DNA of 64,000 nt from an uncultured Acidobacteriota bacterium (lineage in GTDB: Bacteria > Acidobacteriota > Thermoanaerobaculia > Multivoradales > UBA5704): assembly GCA_963770895.1 (NCBI GenBank), contig CAVYRF010000002.1, positions 4,576,001-4,640,000 on the forward strand. The letters are read 5' to 3'. The position numbers were made by a program, and so were the translations under genes. Shown here piece by piece: positions 59,640-64,000 of this stretch (position 1 is its first letter; the number at the start of each line of letters is the position of its first letter). The notes under the pieces are model-generated. The model was not told the DNA's origin. It did not search any database and saw only the letters and a program-made list of their open reading frames with translations.

Positions 59640-62081
59640 GTGCCGCACGTCTCGAAGAAAGATCTGCTGCGTGCAAGCGACGCCGGCCGGTCCGAGGTCG
59701 CACGGCTCGCCGCGCATCTGGCCGGATGCGCTGCGTGCCGGTCCCGCGCCTTGAGCCTTTTGCGGGACCGGGCGCTGCCCGCGAAGCGCCAAGTGCCCCT
59801 GCGGACCCTCCTTGAACTCGCCGCCTTCGAGGAGAGGGAGGCAGTCGAGCGGCTCCGCGTGCGGGCGGAGTTTGCGGCACTCCGCCGCCTTACGCGCGCC
59901 GCCCAAAAAGAGCGCCTTATTCTCTCCCGGCTATGTCACTCGCTCGCCTTCGTTGATGTGCTTCTTGCCGCGGTGCGCGCTCCGCACCCGCGGGAGGAAG
60001 CCGAGTTCCTTTCGGGCCTCGCGGTCCTTGCCGTACAGGGCATGAAGCACATCTCGGAGGCGTTTCGAAACGATCTCCTCTCGTCCATCTGGACAGAGAC
60101 CGCGAACAACCGCCGCGTGAACGGCGAGTGGAGCAACGCGCAGGTGGCCCTTGCGCGCGGCAAGACCAATCTTGACCGCGGGACCGGGAATCCCTCGATC
60201 CTGGCGCGATGGCTTTCTGTCGGCGCATCACTGCGCGCCGACCAAGGCGCGCGCGACGATGCCATGGCCCAACTTGACGAGTGCCGGCGAATCTGCGAGG
60301 CAGAACCCAATTGGCCGCTCGTGGCCCGCACCATGGTGCAGATGGCACACGTCATCGTGGATCGCGACCCGGACGCGAGTCTCGCTTTGCTCGACCGGGC
60401 TGGTGTCTACCTACCTCTGGAGGACGCGACGCTCCGATGGCTCGCGGAGAGTATCCGGGCGGAGAGCCTCATTATCCTTGGCCGCATCGAGGATGCCTTG
60501 GTTGTCTTCGACCGTGCCGAACGATTGCGTCCATTGCAGCAGCGGCGAAACGGCAAGCTCCGCTCCGTTTGGACCGCAGCCCGTCTCCTTGAGGCGCTCG
60601 GCTGCATGCGGGAGGCGGAAGGGCTCTTCGATGAAACTCTTGCAGGCGACCTTCACGAGGGGCTCCACAAGGATGCGCTTCTCGACATGGCCTATATCGT
60701 CGGCTTTCACGCCCGCTCCGGCAGACCGGAGCGGGCGGAAGAGATCGGCCTCCAGACCCTCGCCGAGATCGAGGAGCAAGGCACGGTGCTTCACGACCAG
60801 CTCCGGCGTGTACTCCGGGGATTTATCGATGCCGCGCGAGGACAAACGCTTGACCAGAACGTGCTCCGAGAGGTAGACGAATACCTCCGCGCGCATTGGA
60901 AGTACCCAGCGGCGGTCGATCCCGTCATTCCCACCGGAGAGAAGGTGCCCGTCTCTCCGGCTCCCGCCGCTGCTCTGGTAGACAAAGCACTCGTGGTGCC
61001 GCTCCTCATGCGGGCGCTCTGGTCCCGCATCCGCCGCGGAACGAGAAGAGTACAGCAGGCGCAGGTCGGTGCCTCGCCCGAGTGCCATACGAAAGAGTTT
61101 CTGGACCTGCTCTTGGGCGAGCTGGCTGCCACTGAGTCGCGGGACGAGGCGGAGTTCATCGCGCACCTGGCGCTCCGGGCCGTGGAGGAATCGGCCGAGC
61201 CGGCCGAGGCAAGAGAAGACTTCAGGGCACAGGTCTGGACCGAAATCGCGAACGTCCGCCGAATCGCCGCCGAGTGGAATCACGCGGAGACCGCACTTCA
61301 CCGAGCGCATGAGCACCTCGGCCGGGGTGCCGGGAGCCCGCTCCTCAAGGCGCGCGCGCAATCGGTTGCAGCATCCCTTCTCTTCGACCAGGGACGACGC
61401 GCACAAGCTGTTGCTGCCCTGGAAGAGTGCCTGAAGCTCTATGAAGATGCGAAGGCATGGCCTTTGGTTGCCCGCACTCTGGTCCAAACGGCGCACGCGC
61501 TCGTTGAGAACGCTCCCGAGTGCGCGCTCTCGGTCGCCGAAAAGGCGCTTCCATTCATACCGGCAGAGGATTCGGTGCTTCGGTGGCTTACCGAGAGTAT
61601 CCGTACCGAAAGCCTCATCGAGATGGGCGAAACCGGCCAGGCGCTTCAGGCGTTCCATCTCGCGGAGTCTTTGCGCGGCGGCCACGCGCGGCCGGACGCG
61701 GATCTCCGCAGCAACTACACCGCGGCCCGCCTGCTCGAAGCCCTCGGACGTTTCGACGAGGCGGAGCAACTTTTCGAGGCGGTGATTGCGGAAGCGTTCG
61801 ACCGGGAGGCGTACCGGGCGGCCTTCCTCGACACGCTCTATCTGTTTGGGCTTCACATTCGCCGGGAGGCCAGAGACAAGGCAGTCGCGCTTTGCCGCGC
61901 CGCGATCGCCCGGCTTGATGTCCCAGATGTGGGCCATGAGCAGCTTCGCGCCGTATGGATGGAACTGATGGACGCGGCCATGCTGCGAGCCATACGTCTT
62001 GAAGGGCTCGCCGAGGTGCGAGAGTTCCTCAAGGTGTACTGGAAATATCCTGCCTCGAAGCCTCCCAGGTTTTCCTTCTGA
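59640..62081 (+). CDS. Zinc-finger (HxxxCxxC) protein with two tandem-duplicated TPR-like domains
   Basis: GTG start with an SD; AHLAGCAAC; internal duplication (EAEF...WTE.AN.RR...WPLVART.VQ.AH...LRWL.ESIR.ESLI...TAARLLEALG...WKYPA occurs twice). Confidence 0.85.
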   Translation: MPHVSKKDLLRASDAGRSEVARLAAHLAGCAACRSRALSLLRDRALPAKRQVPLRTLLELAAFEEREAVERLRVRAEFAALRRLTRAAQKERLILSRLCHSLAFVDVLLAAVRAPHPREEAEFLSGLAVLAVQGMKHISEAFRNDLLSSIWTETANNRRVNGEWSNAQVALARGKTNLDRGTGNPSILARWLSVGASLRADQGARDDAMAQLDECRRICEAEPNWPLVARTMVQMAHVIVDRDPDASLALLDRAGVYLPLEDATLRWLAESIRAESLIILGRIEDALVVFDRAERLRPLQQRRNGKLRSVWTAARLLEALGCMREAEGLFDETLAGDLHEGLHKDALLDMAYIVGFHARSGRPERAEEIGLQTLAEIEEQGTVLHDQLRRVLRGFIDAARGQTLDQNVLREVDEYLRAHWKYPAAVDPVIPTGEKVPVSPAPAAALVDKALVVPLLMRALWSRIRRGTRRVQQAQVGASPECHTKEFLDLLLGELAATESRDEAEFIAHLALRAVEESAEPAEAREDFRAQVWTEIANVRRIAAEWNHAETALHRAHEHLGRGAGSPLLKARAQSVAASLLFDQGRRAQAVAALEECLKLYEDAKAWPLVARTLVQTAHALVENAPECALSVAEKALPFIPAEDSVLRWLTESIRTESLIEMGETGQALQAFHLAESLRGGHARPDADLRSNYTAARLLEALGRFDEAEQLFEAVIAEAFDREAYRAAFLDTLYLFGLHIRREARDKAVALCRAAIARLDVPDVGHEQLRAVWMELMDAAMLRAIRLEGLAEVREFLKVYWKYPASKPPRFSF

Positions 62082-62105
62082 CACCCACCATCGCAGCTCT
62101 GTATG

Positions 62106-62133
62106 AAAAGACCCCAAGCGCCTGGCTTGGGGT
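62106..62133. terminator. Terminator hairpin between convergent genes
   Basis: AAAAG-ACCCCAAGC-gcctg-GCTTGGGGT. Confidence 0.6.
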
Positions 62134-62165
62134 TGAAACATTGATCGAAGAGAAGAGAGCATCAG

Positions 62166-62525
62166 CTAAGCGGCCTTGAGGAGCCGCGACACTCGCCGCT
62201 CCAGAGTAACCCGTTCGTCGGCGTGCGGGATGGCGCGGGCAAGGGCGGTGCCGCCCTGGACAAGCTGCCAGAGGGTGCGGGCGCCGCCCTCCTCGCTCTT
62301 CGCGAGCTCGATTACCCGCTCGCCTTCCCGCTTCGTGAAGTCGTGGGACCTGAGCCACCCGAGGACTTCCTCGTCCGAGCCCGCGACCTTCTTCCGCGCC
62401 GCTCGCGCAAGCTGCTCCTTTGCGTCCACCACCGAGGACTCCGTGTAGGCCGAGAGCCGAGGCAGGGCCTCGCGGATGAAGCGCTCGGGGGCGTTCCTGG
62501 TGTGCCGGATCTCGATCTCCTTTAC
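62166..62525 (-). pseudogene. 3' fragment of a DUF932-like mobile-element protein, truncated by the IS
   Basis: The frame VKEIEIRHTRNAPERF...TLWQLVQGGTALARAIPHADERVTLE is open up to the IS left end. The family call is from motif memory. Confidence 0.6.
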
Positions 62526-62589
62526 TGTATAGCTCGGAGATCTTGGGACTCGGGATAATGTAGGCCGAGAAGGCCTGAGGAGACCGGAG

Positions 62590-62898
62590 ATGCCCAGGAA
62601 GAGCGACCGTAAGCCGGAAGAGCGGGTGGAGGTGGTACTGGCGTTGTTGAGGCGCGAGGAGTCAGCGGCGGCGCTGGCGCGGCGGTACCAGGTCAGCGAG
62701 GCGACGATCTACCGCTGGCGGGACCAGTTCGTGGCGGCGGGCACGGCGGGCGTGGCAAAGCCAGACGGCGCCGGCGACCAGGCGTCAGCGCGCCGGATCG
62801 AGCAGCTCGAGCGGGAAGTGGACAAGCGCTCGCAGATCATCGGTGAGTTGTCGATCGCCAACGGCATTTTAAAAAAACTTCAAACTCGTTTGTCGTGA
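62590..62898 (+). CDS. IS3-family transposase OrfA (HTH)
   Basis: LARRYQVSEATIYRWR plus a coiled coil; ends near an A7 slippery site. Confidence 0.9.
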   Translation: MPRKSDRKPEERVEVVLALLRREESAAALARRYQVSEATIYRWRDQFVAAGTAGVAKPDGAGDQASARRIEQLEREVDKRSQIIGELSIANGILKKLQTRLS

Positions 62899-63887
62899 CC
62901 GAAGAGCTCAGAGTCATGATCCGCGATGCGGTTAAGGTTCAGGCGAAAGCGCGGCTCAAGGCCGTCGTTCGCGCTTTGGGGTTGCCTTGTTCGAGCTTCT
63001 TTCGGCGGCCTGTCGCGTCGTCTCGTCGTCGCCCAGGACCAGCACCGCGTCCGCTCGATCCAGAACGTAGCTCGGTCGTCCGGAGCTTCGCTCTGCTGTA
63101 TCCCTGGTGGGGTTACAAGCGGCTGGCCGTGGTGCTGAGACGTGCCGGCGAGGCGGTCACGAATCGCTTTGTCTACCGGGTTCTGAAGGCTGCGGACCTA
63201 CTCATCCGCAAGCGCAGCCGAAACGCCGAGCTCTACCAGGCGGCCCGGCTCTTCGAGTTGTTGCCGCAAGGCCCGAACGAGTTGTGGCAGGCCGACGTGA
63301 CGTACATTCACATCCCAGGGCACGGCTGGTGGTACGCGGTCACAGTCATCGACTACTACAGTCGCTACTTGCTGGCAATGCACCTGTCGGCAAGCTTCGA
63401 CGCCTCGGCGCTGATCGTCGGCATTGATCGGGCCATCGCGGAAGCTGAGCGTCTTCACGGCCCTCTGCGGCGACGACCGACACTGGTCACTGACAACGGC
63501 ACGAGCTTCTTGTCGCGGCGCTTCCGAGGGCACATCGCCACGAGCCTGGATCACATGCGGACGCGCAACCGCACTCCCGAGCAGCTCGGACTGCTCGAGC
63601 GCTTCCACAGAACTCTCAAGGCCGAAGAGGTGCACTGGCAGCTCTACAGCTCGCCCCAGGAAGCAAGGGAGAAGCTTGAGGCCTTCCGCCAGAGGTACAA
63701 CGAGATCAGGCCGCACTGGGCTCTGGTGCCGCCTTCGTGCGTCGATCCCATCACGCCTGCCGAGGTCTACCGTGACGCCAAAGTCGTCCAATTACCGGCG
63801 TGGCAAGGTTGGGCCAGGGCTGCCAAGGAAAAGCTTGAAAAGCTCCAGGTAGGGCAACTACTGCAAGCGGAGGCGATCCCGGCCTGA
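62895..63887 (+). CDS. IS3-family transposase OrfB (rve/DDE); probably fused to OrfA by a -1 frameshift at TTTTAAAAAAAC (62867-62878)
   Basis: WQADVTY, VIDYYSR, TDNG and ERFHRTLKAE; lies in the -1 frame relative to orfA and is open back to the A7 run. Confidence 0.92.
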   Translation: MTEELRVMIRDAVKVQAKARLKAVVRALGLPCSSFFRRPVASSRRRPGPAPRPLDPERSSVVRSFALLYPWWGYKRLAVVLRRAGEAVTNRFVYRVLKAADLLIRKRSRNAELYQAARLFELLPQGPNELWQADVTYIHIPGHGWWYAVTVIDYYSRYLLAMHLSASFDASALIVGIDRAIAEAERLHGPLRRRPTLVTDNGTSFLSRRFRGHIATSLDHMRTRNRTPEQLGLLERFHRTLKAEEVHWQLYSSPQEAREKLEAFRQRYNEIRPHWALVPPSCVDPITPAEVYRDAKVVQLPAWQGWARAAKEKLEKLQVGQLLQAEAIPA

Positions 63888-64000
63888 CGGCCGGGTCCAA
63901 GCTCACACATAAATCGACCACTCGGGTCCACTTGATCTGCGAGCCAAGACACAACTCCGGGCCTTCTTCCCCGAGGTCTCGATCGCGGCTGAGCCGGAGG

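Larger units (their letters stand above)
62526..63951 (+). mobile_element. IS3-family insertion sequence, about 1.43 kb
   Basis: TG...CA ends; imperfect IRs TGTATAGCTCGGAGATCTTGGGAC versus TGTCTTGGCTCGCAGATCAAGTGGAC (reverse complement of the right end); orfA/orfB layout. Confidence 0.88.

Noticed and set aside
62103-62144. Tiny ORF MKRPQAPGLGLKH after the TPR gene as a second peptide
   Set aside because: No SD or hydrophobic leader, and it coincides with a terminator hairpin.

Overview
High-GC bacterial window. The gene families (IPTL-CTERM and LPxTA-tailed proteins, sulfatase-TPR, lipoprotein TPR-CHAT, zinc-finger/TPR proteins) suggest Acidobacteriota, probably Thermoanaerobaculia-like; this is inference only. 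Bases 1-42,350 are mostly chromosomal backbone: an EACC1/caspase pair cut by the window edge, amrB-amrA, a roughly 940-nt structured leader (near-consensus sigma70 promoter, uORF, terminator/antiterminator, two defective tRNA copies) ahead of a slipin gene, cls, ppa, ATP-grasp plus LLM monooxygenase, a BNR-repeat hydrolase, an APC permease, DoxX, cyclase, sulfatase-TPR, DinB, a CzcBA-like RND pair, a truncated TPR-CHAT protein with a divergent Cys-rich partner, a Rieske oxygenase, a C25 peptidase and a four-gene WxL/chaperone-usher-like operon. From about 42,400 to the end is an accessory island: a Schlafen/AlbA-ATPase, small regulators, and an operon of two giant Ig-repeat proteins flanking a compositionally distinct Cys-rich tip plus partner gene, followed by a Tat-exported vanadium haloperoxidase. 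Next comes an unannotated 31-aa peptide gene ending DYGGGYDPNG, set between zinc-finger/TPR receptor-like genes and a GNAT, then a DUF932-like fragment and a complete IS3-family element. The best candidates for undescribed systems are the DPNG peptide/TPR module, the Ig-protein cassette with a variable tip, and the attenuated tRNA-mimic/slipin leader. No CRISPR array or rRNA was seen. All family assignments come from motif recognition by eye, not database searches.
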